From assembly GCF_024521635.1 (NCBI RefSeq), contig NW_026250428.1, positions 124,001 through 188,000 of the forward strand: a DNA stretch of 64,000 nucleotides, read 5' to 3'. A model generated the notes under the pieces. It worked only from the letters and a program-made list of their open reading frames with translations, did no database searches and was not told the origin of the DNA. The position numbers and the translations under genes were made by a program. Positions 49,561-62,524 of this stretch are shown here, in pieces. The DNA comes from Tricharina praecox (taxonomy: Eukaryota). Each line of letters opens with the position of its first letter. Within the stretch, counting starts at the first letter, position 1.

Positions 49561-50995
49561 ATCGTCTTCCTTCCCCGGAATGAATCTATCTGGGCTGGGG
49601 ATCTAGTGAGAACCTAGGGTGGACGGCAATAGTAGCAGCAGAGTTTCACCCGGATTGGATTCAGTCAGCTGTATCTTCTGTCGTCCGTATCATTTTCCGC
49701 CGTGTACGACCTTCTTCCGCAGTAGACGTCCTCCTTTCACACGCCGTATCCCTCCTTCAATCGTGTCCTTCCTTCTACCTGATCCGTCCTTTTTCCTCAG
49801 CTTCTACCCTCATCCGCCGTATACGCCCGTGTGGTTGATGTCAGCTGGCAGTGATGACTTTCGATGACGGCGATGATGGCGATGATGGCGATGATTTGAA
49901 GATTCTATTACTTGACTTTTCGAGGGTGCTTTCAGGCTGGAGTTTCTGGGAGGGTTTATCCGAGTTGGGATGCAGGGAAGGATCTTATATCCGACTGAAG
50001 GTATCCGGGTTTGGCGCACCAGGCGCCACGGCCCGTCCCGTCGGATTCGGTGAAGTCAATCTGATCTTCCTCCGTTCATTACGTTCACTGAAATTAGCGG
50101 CTGAGACTAGCTCCCGAGCTCCGAGCCCCCGATTTACTTGCGTCATGCCACGTGTCCTTGCTGCCGTTGCTGGGATTCCCCACGCGGGAGGCATGGCGAA
50201 GACCATCGATAGTAATGGTGCTGACGAAGCGAGGAATGCAACGTTGTTTTGCATGGATGGGCCGCTTGACTGCATATTTCACATTCCTTAGCCCTCGACT
50301 GCGCACTACTCGTATCCCACATGGCGGTGAACGGTGACTACACTACGAGAGCCGATCCTGCGGTGCCATGTGTGACGACTACGTTTCCGGGGCTCATGTC
50401 GTCAACCTTATTCCGCATACCGGCGGTTGTACAATCTACAGCGAGCACTTCTCACCTGTGAGGACCTATCATGGCATTTAACGTCCCCGGTGCACACTTC
50501 TGCCATAGCCCCTTCGTATAGCAAGTGGCCACCGATAACCGTGCAGTCATTATCCTGTGGTTTTGGTCTTTTTTGGTTGACCGTTGCTGAGTTGGTTGAG
50601 GGCGGGGCTAGTCAAATTCATTTGCGAATGGCTCTCTCGCCGGCAAGGAGGATCTAGACAAAAAATAAGGAGACAGGATTGAGACATAGTGAGTGTTTAA
50701 TACCGGCTTGAAATGTGAGATTGAAAGTGACAGGAAGGAGAGTGACGATCGTCAGCGGCTAATGTCTGCATTATAATTTCGCGGTCTAACGAGCATCTGT
50801 ATGTCCTTCCCAACCTCGTAAATCCATCGTCCATTCTCGGTGGAAAAAGCACTCGTATATCCTCCCCAATGCGCATGCCTTTCAATCTTGTAGACGTCTT
50901 CGCATTCGAAGAGGCGTAAACCCGCTCGTATCACTGTCGGCGTCGTATATTAGCATAGAGTCGGGCGGGCGAAGGCAATCAGAAACCCACCTAAT

Positions 50996-51889
50996 TCAGA
51001 GCTCGAAATCATACATGCGTATCTGGACCAGCCTCTTGACTATGGCCCGGCCCGAATCGCGGCAGTGCTCGACATAGTCCCACGGAAGAGGCCAGTGGGC
51101 AGCCTGAGGCAAGTTGTGGTAGGAGATGAAATACATCATCTCCGTAAGAATTGGCTTCAAGTCGACGCTGTTGTTGATCTGCTCGAAGAATTCGCAGATC
51201 CGCAAGTCGATGTCGCGATGGTCCTCGGGGGTGACAACTAGTGCGAGGTACACTAGTAAGGTGAGCACCTCGTTCTGGTGCTCCATGATGCTCGACGAAT
51301 TGTCGTCCTCTGGATCGTAGCCGGAGACCATCCGAATGGCGCCGGCTCCTTCGGATATATTGCGCGCGGTATCCAAAATCTGGCGCCAGAAGGCCACCTT
51401 GTCGCCGGACTCTGCCAAGATGGTGTTAACTGCGGTTCAATTCTGGGACGTGACACATAGCGGTCTTACTAGCGGCCATCGCTCGGAATCGATCCCACAC
51501 ATCGTCAGTGTGTGGCAGCGGCCTCGGCAGAGGGTACCGCCTGACGAGCTCCATCCTCAACCCACCGCCTGTGAATTCATCATCTTTGATTAGTCGCAGC
51601 CAGCAATCATGATGAAATGAAGTGACGTACCACGGTCGGGGTTTACGATAAGCCAGAGCAGATGCGGCAGTTTCCACGGGTGCGGCAAGATCCAGCGAGT
51701 TCGCTGGCGATTAATGGCGAAGACGCTATGCGTGTGGATGAGGTCGACGACCAAACGCGCCTCATCCGCTTTCCAGACATTCAGAAGGGTACGGCAACTC
51801 ATCCCCAGGTTGATTGAATCCTCAAGGGTTGTGACCTGCGCGAAGATGCCAGACAACATCTCCGGCGAGAGGGAAAGGATGTTCGCCAT
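50996..51889 (-). CDS. F-box protein family B, intact, 3 exons
   Basis: MANILSLSPEMLSGIFAQVTTLEDSINLGMSCRTLLNVW is an F-box. Introns 51584-51630 (gtacgt..ctaat..aag) and 51412-51469 (gtaaga..ttaac..cag) splice in frame to the terminal exon ending MYDFEL*. Confidence 0.85.
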
Positions 51890-52659
51890 AGCGCTTGTTA
51901 GGGGATGGTAAGAAGGGGTTTCAAGTTGTTGGCTGGTGGTTGGTTGGTGGTGGCGGTGGCAGTTCTGGCGGTCGCAGCTGAGGTGATGGTGGTGTTGGTG
52001 GTGGCGGTTGTGGTGGTGGTGTTGCTGATGCTGGTGCTGGTTATGGTCGGATGGGAGTGTAATGGTTAATGGATGGAGGTCCGGCCGGCGGCTTTGTGCT
52101 ATAGGCCGAGCCATTTTTGGACGGGGATGAGTGTTTGTGCTGTCTGGTCTCAAATGCGCCGTCTGGTCTCAAAACCGCCGTACATTGAAATTGACTGGAA
52201 GCAGCTCTACGCAGGCGACATCACCATACCGTTCTGGTTCAGCTAATAGTACCCATGATCTGCGATTAGTGCCGATGATCGGCTGGGAATGTTGGACACC
52301 ATAGCATAACGACCCCAGATCGAAGGTAATGTCACTGCTGTGCTTTTTGAAGCGAAGTGCCCAGAAAACTACCTAAACTTGAGGTAGAGCTTCCCGAAAC
52401 GCAAGCCATGATCCCTGGTGCGAGTTACGGATTGCCAGACAAGGTAATAAAAACAGTGCCTCTATGGTGAGGTATACCGGTATCGCGGATTGTAACCTAT
52501 CCCACCACTTTACCGTTGACTACCACCCCACTGGACCGCCTCACGTACCGCACCGAACCCGTACCAGGAAAGCCTCACCATACACTGACAAGGACGTTTA
52601 AACCAACGCCGGACTTCCATCTTCCGACGAGACCACACCGCCGAAGCCGAAAGCCTACA

Positions 52660-53720
52660 ATATGGGCATCGAGGCTCTCCACCTAAGTGCCAAATCAGTG
52701 CGTCAATCGTGCAGGTATCTTGTGCACGACTACCCAGGTAATTGGTTGCCTAAGCACTATGGCCGGTCATTCGTCACTCATGCTCGGAATTGGCCGGCCG
52801 AACACCAGCATCGAAGTACATACACGACGCTGAGACCCCGCGGCCATTTGTATGATCGTGAAACCGTCGCTGAATAGGCAGCAACTCGCAACGGGAAAGC
52901 ATTGGGGAAAGCCCTCGATTGACGGCAGGCATGAGAAGATGGCGAGAAGCTGATGGATCGACGGACAACTGGCCGCTGGTGGGAGTAGGAGGAAGCCAAA
53001 CGCCTACAAGATGGGCATCGGTACTCTCCCCCTCTAGGGGACCAAGTACTCTGCTAATCGTGCGGATATCCTGTGTCGGATTCCCCGCGCTTCTGGTCGC
53101 TTTAGCACTACTGACGGCCATTTCTCAGTCATGCTCGGGATTGACGTGCCCAACATCAGCATCCAAGATCACGACGCAGAGACCGTGCAACGATGTGCAC
53201 CTTTCGAAACCATCGCTGGACAGATGGCAAAATGCAATAGGGAAGCCCTGGGAAAAGCGTCCGATTAACGGCAAGCCGCAAGCATGAGAGGATACCGAGA
53301 GGCTGACTACACGGCGTCGGCAGGGACACGACAGACAGCAAATGCATCAATGTACGTTTGTTTCCCTTGCACATACCTACTTCCCTCGCTAATGCTGTTA
53401 GGCATCCTGTGCTTATATGCCCATGACAGATGGGACGTCGCCGATCTCCGCTGTCGACGTGACGCCCACGATGCCGTGGTTCGATATGCCTCAAGGGTCG
53501 CCACTTGCTGGTAAAGGCTCCGCGCCCAACCTGTACGAAGAGCCGGACGTCGCCGAAAGGGTGAACGTCTATGAGACGTGTCCGGTTCGTGCTGCCCTTA
53601 CAGCACGCCCGAAGAGACGGCTGAAGAGCCGTCAAATCTATTGTGTACAGCTCGGGGAAGCTACGAATACGAGTAGGTGCCCGGCGAAGGAGAGGCTGGT
53701 GGTGAAGGCGGAGGAGTGAG
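52660..53720 (+). pseudogene. Decayed internally repeated ORF, possibly ankyrin repeats
   Basis: Degenerate ~350 bp tandem unit (52750-52955 vs 53100-53310); remnants GIEALHLSAK, NISIQDHDAET, GTSPISA..HDAVVR. Confidence 0.35.
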
Positions 53721-54814
53721 CGATGGTGGATGCCATCTGTCGATGCATGGGGTGGACCGTCGGTAGGTGAGGGGAGGGTAGGGGGTCCCGCGCTGTTACG
53801 TGGCGACGTTTTTTACCTTCGGTTTTCCTCTAAAAAACAACATCGTCTTCCTGGCCGCTGAGCGAGGAGACACGGTTATCGCTTTGCTGCTTTGCTGCTG
53901 CTATACCCAACAACCGATCCGTGTGCATTCACCCGTATGTGGGGTGGACCGTCCGTGCGTGATGGGAGCGGGAGGAGGGGATATCCGGGTGAGCCTAAAT
54001 GACTAGCAATACGATGGGCGGGTCAGTAGTTCAGCGTCCGGTGCCATATAATCATATCAAGATTCATTTCCAGTATCCACTTTTCATGTAATTAGCTCGC
54101 TGAAAACAATCAAACTTCTTGAGACTATTATCACATCATTCTTCCGCTACGCACTTTTAACCTTATTCCCGCTATGGCAGAAAGCTTACACGTAATCATC
54201 CTCTCCCGTCTAAGATTTCTGCAGCTCGCTTCCTCGCAGTAGCAGCAAGTCTGATCTTCCCGCCCATATCTCCCTCCTAAGTAACAAAGAAACGAAGAAC
54301 AACCCACATCAATTACGCAGAACGGTAACATCCACACCATCAGCACCATCCACCCCAAGACACTGCTGACTCGTCCCCCAATCGCCCAGCGTCCACCGAG
54401 GTCCGAAGAAAAGCCCAAGATGCCAACGAAAACTTCCACGCGCCAGCGCAATCCGGGCCCCACCGTGGTGAAACCGCAGGCACCCATCGACGATTCTAAA
54501 CGCAGGCCGGATCGTGTGGGGAAGCCGTATTGCCCCTACTGCGATGACCCAAAATCACTTGCGGTGGCAGATTGCATCTGCTGGTAATCGGCATTCCGTT
54601 ACGGGTATCCGCCATCGCAGACGTCATTCAGGTTTGAATGCTTGTTGTACGGAAGCGATCCGTGGTGAGGGGCATACCTACTTAGGTGCAGGTGCTGGTA
54701 TCAGCGTGAGCGGGGTGTTTTTTGTTGGTCGTGGGCTTAGATTTTGGTTATCGGTGTTTCATTTCGCGTTATGTACGGCGGTCGAAAGTAATCAAAGTAT
54801 GCGGCGTCAGAGAG

Positions 54815-55365
54815 AGAGACAGAGATCTTCCTTTGTACATATTTCGCATGCAGCCTATCTAGACTATAGCCAACCGTCGCACTCCTTTGTTGCACAGTCT
54901 GGCCAGCCAGAGGTCGAGACCCTGTTAACAACCAGCAGGATGTGGCGCCGCTGATTTTCGCGCGAACCGAATGATTCATCAACAAAGCGGTGACCCGGTA
55001 TTGCGAGTGCTGATTTATGATCACGCCAATTAGCATAAACATTTTGAAAAGCGTTACGGACATATCACCGGCTACAGTCTTTGTGCTAAACGTCAGATTT
55101 ATGCGTCCAGAAATTATCGATGACGACCGCAGCAATTTTGGAAGTGTTAGGGGTCCGGAATGTGGATACGACGGTGGCAGCAATGCTAGCGCTTCACAGC
55201 AATCTTAGTAGACAATGGATCAGCGCGCATCGTCATCGGTATGCTGTACACCATGGCCTACGGGAGGGAGTCGAGATTCTGTACATAAAGAGGACCTCGG
55301 GTCCGGGGAAATCCCGCAGTAATTGAACATGAACAGCTTTGAGATTCTCTTCTATTCTGACACTA
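54815..55365 (+). repeat. Composite dispersed repeat: 54815-54890 matches 18465-18537; 55015-55365 matches 3080-3467
   Basis: atttcgcatgcagcctatctagactat identical at 18490 and 54841; gcagtaattgaacatga and gcgcgcatcgtcatcggtat shared with the upstream region of secreted copy 1. Confidence 0.85.
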
Positions 55366-57067
55366 AAATCTTTACGGCATACATCCATAATTCCGTACAG
55401 GTTTTTGGCACGATATTCTCTTGCGATAGTTTTGTTCGACGTTTCAACCCCACAACCACTTAAACTAACCACCACTCAAACCCACCACCACTCCGCATCG
55501 CGCAAACCCCTACATACGTCAATCAACAATGCCAGTGGGGTGTGGTGATGTGGTGGGGTGGCGGGGTGGCGGGGTGGCGCAGTTTACAAGACCCAAATAA
55601 CTGTGATCGGAGATGGCTGCTTTGTGAGACAGCGTCAAGTGTACTCTAACCAAGCCCTCTCGATGACCGACTCAAAGATCGACTGGTGATATGATTATGT
55701 GAGATATCATTGCATGAAGACGGAATTTGCCTTTGGATCTCCTTAAGTTAATTTTCTTCTCTATCTAAGCATCACCTTCTCCTACCTCTCTCTAATATCT
55801 GTCAATCCAATCACCCCTCAAACTCCACTGCTATCGATCGACGGCCAACCGAAGATTAAACCCTTAACAGTTAAGGCTCCAACTACCACGAGTGCCACAT
55901 GCTTGCGAAAGCATGGTCTGTGGTGCGTAGCCTTCGACTACACCCCACATTTGCGCCTCCTTTCAGGTATATTGGTGCCACAGTCTCGTCACGGTAATCT
56001 TCAGTAATGGCAGTGCAGTACGGAGGCCGATGATATCGACCGGGTGTTGTTATCTCCACGGAGCATAGGGACCTCCTCGCCACTGTAACATCTCCTTCTC
56101 ATTCTCTGGGGGTTGCAGGCCCATCTGTCGTGTCCATAACTTCTCGGAAGACAACTGAACAGGCGTTCCCATCTCGTACCGGATATTTATCTTGCGTGTT
56201 ATTCCTTCTCCTTCTCTGCCGCGAATCGGTGCTAGCATCACCGAATCTCAATTTCCCAGGGTGAATATGTCATTGTCCAACACATTATTCTCCTCGCCAC
56301 ATCGATGCACGGTCGTCCGCCTCCATTTTCGTCGACAAGTCAGGGCCCGGGGTACAGTCGTCGTCTTGCAGGTTGCCAACTCCGCCGAAGCCTATTCCAC
56401 TATCAGTGTTTTTCATCCCTAAAAATGACACGTCCGTCACTCACCGTTCCAATACACATTCTGTGCCACAATCGTCGTTATACGACTTCTTCCGGTTTCT
56501 CCGTAAACCGAGGCTATGTCGTACCGACATCTTCACCTCCACCAAATACAATCTCTCGCTCGCCGTAGGCCCGTAACCCTCTCTCCGTTGTGAATTAGGT
56601 GACACCTGAAGAAAATCCGAGTATGTTGTCTTTCCAGCGGTCGTGATCTAGGTAGTAGGCCATTCTCCGTACAGTTACTATTTCCGAGTGCGAAAGATCT
56701 TCCACGCCATCTTTTCTCGTCCGTCTTTCCCAAAATGCGGTATTACCTACGTCACCGTATTTGCACTACGATTCTTCAACGGGATTCAACAGGCTGGCTG
56801 GCGCTTTGTGCCTGGGGAAAGAGGGAAGAGGTTGTTCAGATCGTCTCAGTTGTTGCGGCGGAGGAGATCGGTAAGGTGGAGACGTTGGAGCTCCTCGAGC
56901 GATTATTCAGCTCTTCATCTGGTCGTCCGCGATGCTGTGCAGTAGTCATGGTCGTAGGATGATTGTAGAGGTGGTGGAGGAGGTATCCATTATTTCATGT
57001 TTGGGGGGGGGGGGGGGGGGGTCGCTGTCAGTTAATCATTAATCAAAAAAAAAGAAAAAGCATTCCT

Positions 57068-58200
57068 TCACCGACAGTTCCGACACGAACTAGAAGGCGG
57101 CGTTGTTGGCGTGGCTGGGCCAGATACCACAAACAAAAGCCAACTGCGACCGCCAGGGCAGCCTCGACGACCATCGTCGACACGCCACTCCTCTTCGGCT
57201 GCATGACCGCCATCCGCTCCGCTAGAATCCTCTAGTGGACCTCCTCACGGTCAATCGAAGCATCCCGGTGGAGGGCGGTGGCCATGCCGCCGGCCGAGGG
57301 CATGTCAACGAGACGGTCGATGGCTGCGAGCTCTCTCTCGACCCGGAGCGCCTCCCAGTAACTCCACTTCACCGCCTCCTGCGCTAGCACCTAACGCTCC
57401 ACCGCCATGCGCGCCTGCTTCTTACACTCGAGCCGGAGCACCTCCTGTCGACTCCGCTCCGCCTCCTGCTCCGCCAGCACCTGACGCTCCAACGCCAGGC
57501 GTGCGTGCTTCTGGCGGATGTGCTCCGCCACAAGGGCCTTCGTATGCTTCTCGGCCTTCATCGCACGCTCTTGCTTAGCCTCCCGGAGTATCTGCGCCTC
57601 GGTAAGTTTCTCCGCCTCCTTCTCCTTCTCCCTCGCCAACCGCTTCTCCCTCTCGTCCTCTGGGCCAAGCCCCTCACGGACTCGGGCGGCGCGGTAGTGC
57701 TACTCGATGCAGCTCTTCCGGCGGGCTTCCTCCACACGAAACTCCCACTGCTCGAGAGTTTCGTTCTCCTTGCGCTCCGGCAAGGCGGTGAGCGGCTTGA
57801 CCTCTATCCTCGCTCCCTTGTGAAGTGCTGCCATCGCCGCCCTTTGCGCCCTTCGAGAACGGCGCTTAGTGGCGGGGGGTGCACTCACCGGTTGAGTGTG
57901 GACGAGAGTTTCGGCGGCGGCTGCGGCTCTGGTGGCTGCGGACGCATCCTCTGCGAGGCGTGCGATATCACGCTCGAGCTAGAGAGCCTCCCGGCATCTC
58001 CGCTCTGGCTCTTGCTGAACCAGCAACTCCGCATTTGCTGGTTCAGTAGTGGTGGAACCGGCGGAAACCAGCGAGACCGGGGCGGGGGAACAGCTTTCGT
58101 GTGTTAGCGTACTCCAGATTTGATGGAAAAACAGCTACATACCTTGGGCCGTCCTTGTATTCGGCTTCTGGGCCGTCTTCGTGTGGTGTGGTGCACCCAT
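57068..58200 (-). pseudogene. Coiled-coil protein gene with four in-frame TAG stops
   Basis: ATG at 58200, then intron gtatgt...gctaac...aag, a probable frameshift, and one long E/R/A-rich frame interrupted by TAG at ~57978, 57700, 57391 and ~57232; hydrophobic tail MVVEAALAVAVGLLFVVS. Confidence 0.6.
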
Positions 58201-58919
58201 CCTGAACAGCTTTCGGAAAGTTTTGTGGAAGGGAAAAAACAAATCTGATTGTTGTAGTCAGAGAATGCTGAAGGTGGTCAGAGTGGGTTGTGGTGTAGTG
58301 AAGAGGGAAGGAAGAAAAGGGAAGGAAGGAGAGGGAAGCAAGAAGGAAAGCAGCCGGTAGGTGGTGGACCCGCTAGTCTGCGAAATCTAGGGCTTCGATG
58401 TGTGCGGTGCGATCGGGTGATTCCCTATATTTGGCCTTCTCGCGCACTAGTGTCTGTGGAGTGAAGCTGCCTGCAGAGCTACTAACCAAAACAGCTGTTC
58501 GATCCCACCAACCTCTTACCGCCCTTCCTCTTGTTAACTGAGTTGTAGCGTGCTCCCTCTTACTAATCAAGAAACATGATTACCTACGCAAGTTGCCGGC
58601 TGGGTGTTTACGCTTTGCCGCGATGTTTGGGGTGGGTACTTTTTGACGGCTTTCACCTAGTATATTCCTACAGTCATCTAGTGGACCGCAGGGCTGGGTG
58701 TTCTTCCCGGGCATGCTTTCCACAGGACTAAGCCGTTCAATCATACAACAACGTTTTCGAGAAACGCACTACCTTCGCGACCAAAACACGATCTACAGCT
58801 GCGCCTCGTCCCACTCGATCTTCTTCGACTATCCTCCATAACCACGTCCCTCAACACGACCTCATCTACCGTACCGACCAGACTACACCACAACTCCCAC
58901 GACGATCATATCGCACACA

Positions 58920-59287
58920 ATGTCCAGTCCCGAGTCTATGCCTACCGACATCTCTGACATCCTCTCGGATTTGAACGCCCAGAACATACACATCGGCGAC
59001 GACGTCTTTGATTCCCCGATGTGCTCGCCTTGATCGAGCGAGTCGTGGATTACGAACTGGACCTAAAGGCAATCATCCGCGACGCGGTCCAGGTCGTTGG
59101 CGACATCGACCAGGCGTGCGAGTTGGTCGCCACCCTGCTGTCGATGATCAAGACCCTCGACGAACAGCGCAAAGTTTTGAAGGCTCTTGAAGAGCGCTGT
59201 GCCTTGCAACGCAATACTCTCAAGGAGGCTGTCGAGATGGCAGAACTGAACGATGTGCTGCCCAAGTCCGGAGAAAATGGAAATTGA
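58920..59287 (+). pseudogene. Small helical protein, one frameshift, divergent from the coiled-coil gene
   Basis: MSSPESMPTDISDILSDL... shifts frame near 59015 into LALIERVVDYELDLKAIIRDAV...; pyrimidine-rich 5' leader. Confidence 0.45.
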
Positions 59288-61174
59288 TCGCCCGGCGTGC
59301 TGTTACGGAGAAAGTGGACAAGATGCAGGATGATATGGTTTGAAGGATACGGCAGGGGAAGCGAGCTCTGAGAGGGTACCCATTGCTGTTACAGATTACC
59401 TAGTTATTTCTCATCTTGTTTCTCCTGTTTGTTTTTTCTTTGGTGGATGTTCACTTTCTCCTCTGTCAGTGGTGACTGGTATTTTTTCACACAAGGATTT
59501 TTAGACGGTCAAGAGTTTTACTGAGCCTTCCGAGTCCCCAAAGTCCCTTTCCTTATGTCTTTTAATTGTCTCGCGGGCTAACTGACCTTGCCCTTCTTTC
59601 CTTTCTCGTAAGAACCTCCGTCCGAGGGGAAATGTTAAATATAGACGTCCGGTAGGTTCGCAGGATACCTCGAGCACCATATGCAATGGAGGCACCGGAT
59701 TGCATACTCATGCCAGCACGCCACGGTCCTCGTCATGGTCCTCAGTGATCACCTAGAAACCTCGCACTTGTACAGAGAGTACGTACCCATTTCTGCGCTG
59801 ACTAGAATAACTTCCAAGTCTTTCAATCTTCATACTCCCGCTTTGTACACCTTCCATAGCCGGCTCTGGCGGTGCGGTTGTGACAGATTTTTGAACTAGT
59901 TTGCACTGTTGGCAACTCGGCTTTGCGGTCGTTCATCCCTCGAGTTCTCGCCTTTTCATTCTTTGCTCCTTTACCGCGGGTTAAATGCCGGTAAATCGTG
60001 TACCCAGTTCCAACGAATGACTGGGTACTCAGATACCTTGGGCCTCGGGCTTTCTACCGACCATTATCTTTTTCTTGAGCATGTGCACAATCGTCCGAAA
60101 TGCACGAGTGACATATCATGCTTGTCTGTAACCAATGGTTCCGATTGACTGAAGCACAATCACTAACCAGCACTCGCTTTTGAAGAATCAGGTTTCCAGG
60201 AAATTGTGTCGACTGGAAGAATCGCTCAGTGCTGAGTCGCTTCGAACGTATAGCATCCTCTCGTGTCTAAAATCCACTTCTGCACCTCTGGGATGTTGTT
60301 CCTCAGTTCAGCTCCCCATATGTGCGTCTACATGTTCAAATTGTCCTGCGGAGACGTCATCCGCACCATGAAAAGAAGCCAATTAGTGTCCTGACAGAAG
60401 GCTAAAAGATATATTGAGGAATCACGCAAGCGCATTACTACACTAGTCATTGAAGCCGATGATGTCGATCGCTACTGAACAGCGACCACTGCCCTGGTTG
60501 GAAGATATTACGTACGCCGAAGGCTGTGGGCGTTGATTGAACCGCCTTCAATAGGGGCCAGCTTATGTAGCTCTAGGTCTACTATACATGCTAATATACC
60601 CTTTTTTATAAAAAAAACTGCCGTCGGTGACAAATGGCGAGTGATATTATGTGAACAACTGTAACATCCATCGCGTGGCTGTGGGGCGTCCGTGTTCCGC
60701 GGGCTGGAAGTAAACCTACGGCAGAAGGTCTTGGTACAAACAATAGGCTGTCGGATATGTGGACACTTAGTTAACCACCTCTAGTCTCCTTATTAACATT
60801 TGGTTATAAGAACTTCACATTATGGAGTGTGCCCATCGTCACATTGTGGCTCCAAAAAGACGCTCGTACGGTACAGAGTCGACACGATGGCGTCTGTTTG
60901 TGAGGTTCTGTTATACTCATCGACTCATAGTGGTTATATGTAGAATTCCTATGACGGCGTACATTCCCCTCCCCATCCTTGTAAAAGTGCAATCTCTGTC
61001 TCCCTGTACCAACCAGCAACCAAATCTCCCACCCCCCCTCTTCAACCCGTCTACTCTACTGTACTTCGCATTCACCACCATCACCCCTCTCATCACCCTG
61101 CCTGTTCTCTACCAACATCATTCCTTTTCACTCACATTCACACACTACTTTTCTCTCCAACCATCTACTCACAC

Positions 61175-61318
61175 GACCGGACAGAATAATCCCCCCCCTG
61201 CACATTTTGATTACCCGAGATCAGATCTGTTGATAAATCCTATGGCAGAGCCACACGCCGCCAGAGATCTAATCTCAGCTAATCAAAATGTGCAGGGGGG
61301 TGATTATTCCTTCCGGCC
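61175..61318. mobile_element. Small foldback/MITE-like element with ~54 bp imperfect TIRs
   Basis: gaataatcccccccctgcacattttgatta..gagat.agatct vs agatct.atctc..taatcaaaatgtgcaggggggtgattattc; no TSD found. Confidence 0.7.
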
Positions 61319-61890
61319 ATGTTAGTAGAACGCCCGTAACTTCTGCCAGCCCCTCTCCTCCCAATTAGCCAGTTCCGCAGCACCTCATTTTTCAACTACC
61401 TCCTCATACATCCACCTACGGCTCATCTCATTGCACATTCTATCCACCCCATCAGCAAGTCTATCGTTTAACCGGAGAACTTTCCATCCTCATATTTTCC
61501 AAATGGTGTCAGCCACGCAAAGGTTTACTGATACACTGTGTGAAGCGACGGATCCACCCCTTTGAAACATATGGATACAGTCTGTGTTATATTGCCTAGC
61601 CACATCTGGAGGTCGCTTTGTAAGTTCCGAAATCGTATGCATGTTGTTGGAGAAGAAGAACATCCTGTCTCTCTTACGGTCTCAAGTGACATTTTCCATC
61701 ACAAATCTCGCCCTTTGAACCGTCTCCTTTCTTGCATCCAAAAAATGTCCTTTTGCGGACTGAGAGTCCTCAAAATCATCCCACACACTCAATCTTATTC
61801 ATATCAGGCGAGAGACAGGGGACCGGTTACAACGATGGATGTTGTTTTCTTCGTAACTCCATTTGGCGTCAGCGGACATCATGCTTGATG

Positions 61891-62139
61891 CTACTGAGTG
61901 CAGAGGCGCATTGTCCCCGACTCCTCGACAATCCATACTTCTTTGCCTGTATTTGCTTTTGGCATTCGGATAACATAAGTGATGAGGCGGGGATAAAGTT
62001 GTTCCGTGCCGAGTACTATCCCCCGTGCAGCCACAAACATGAGGAACGTGAGGATGGTTTGCTTCCAAGCATGGTAATTTTCGCTGTTTAGGAGCTCAAC
62101 GGAACCATGCTTGCACGTGAACATGTTGGTTGAGGCCAT
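61891..62139 (-). mobile_element. Ty1/copia gag N-terminal fragment
   Basis: VELLNSENYHAWKQTILTFL...GIVLG fits the copia gag L-x-x-x-N-Y-x-x-W motif; later ANTGKEVW. Confidence 0.75.
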
Positions 62140-62182
62140 TGCGAGTGGGTATCGGTTGTTCGAAGCGAGAAAATATATTCGC

Positions 62183-62520
62183 AGTCGACTCCTCCTTTGC
62201 TTCGGTCCCCCCGCTCACTCTTCTTTACGTTGAAGATCCACTCTGGTGGAGGTCGGCGGCGCCGTGACTGACCTGGAGCACGAGGTTCGGTGGGGATCTG
62301 TTCGTAGATCTCCTGCATCGTACGATATTCCGCCGTGCCGGGAATGAGGGCGTTCCGTCGTTGCTCTGCAACCCGTTCCTTCTCCTCCTGCCTCTCATTC
62401 TCAATAATCAACATCTTGCTTTGAAGCTCTTCCTTCGATTCCTTCTCCCAAAGAAAAGATGGACCATTCATCCCATATGCCAGCGCGCCTCAGAAGATAA
62501 TCCGGGCGGAACCCTTTTCT
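62183..62520 (-). mobile_element. Tc1/mariner (IS630-like) transposase fragment
   Basis: IIF*GALAYGMNGPSFLWEKES (cf. MFWG...GP) and RGDRSKGGVD. Confidence 0.7.
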
Positions 62521-62524
62521 TCTT

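Noticed and set aside
57003..57021. G19 homopolymer
   Set aside because: Simple sequence with no supporting structure; length is unreliable in assemblies.
57505..58107. 200 aa Leu-rich plus-strand ORF
   Set aside because: Antisense shadow of the Glu/Lys-rich minus-strand pseudogene.
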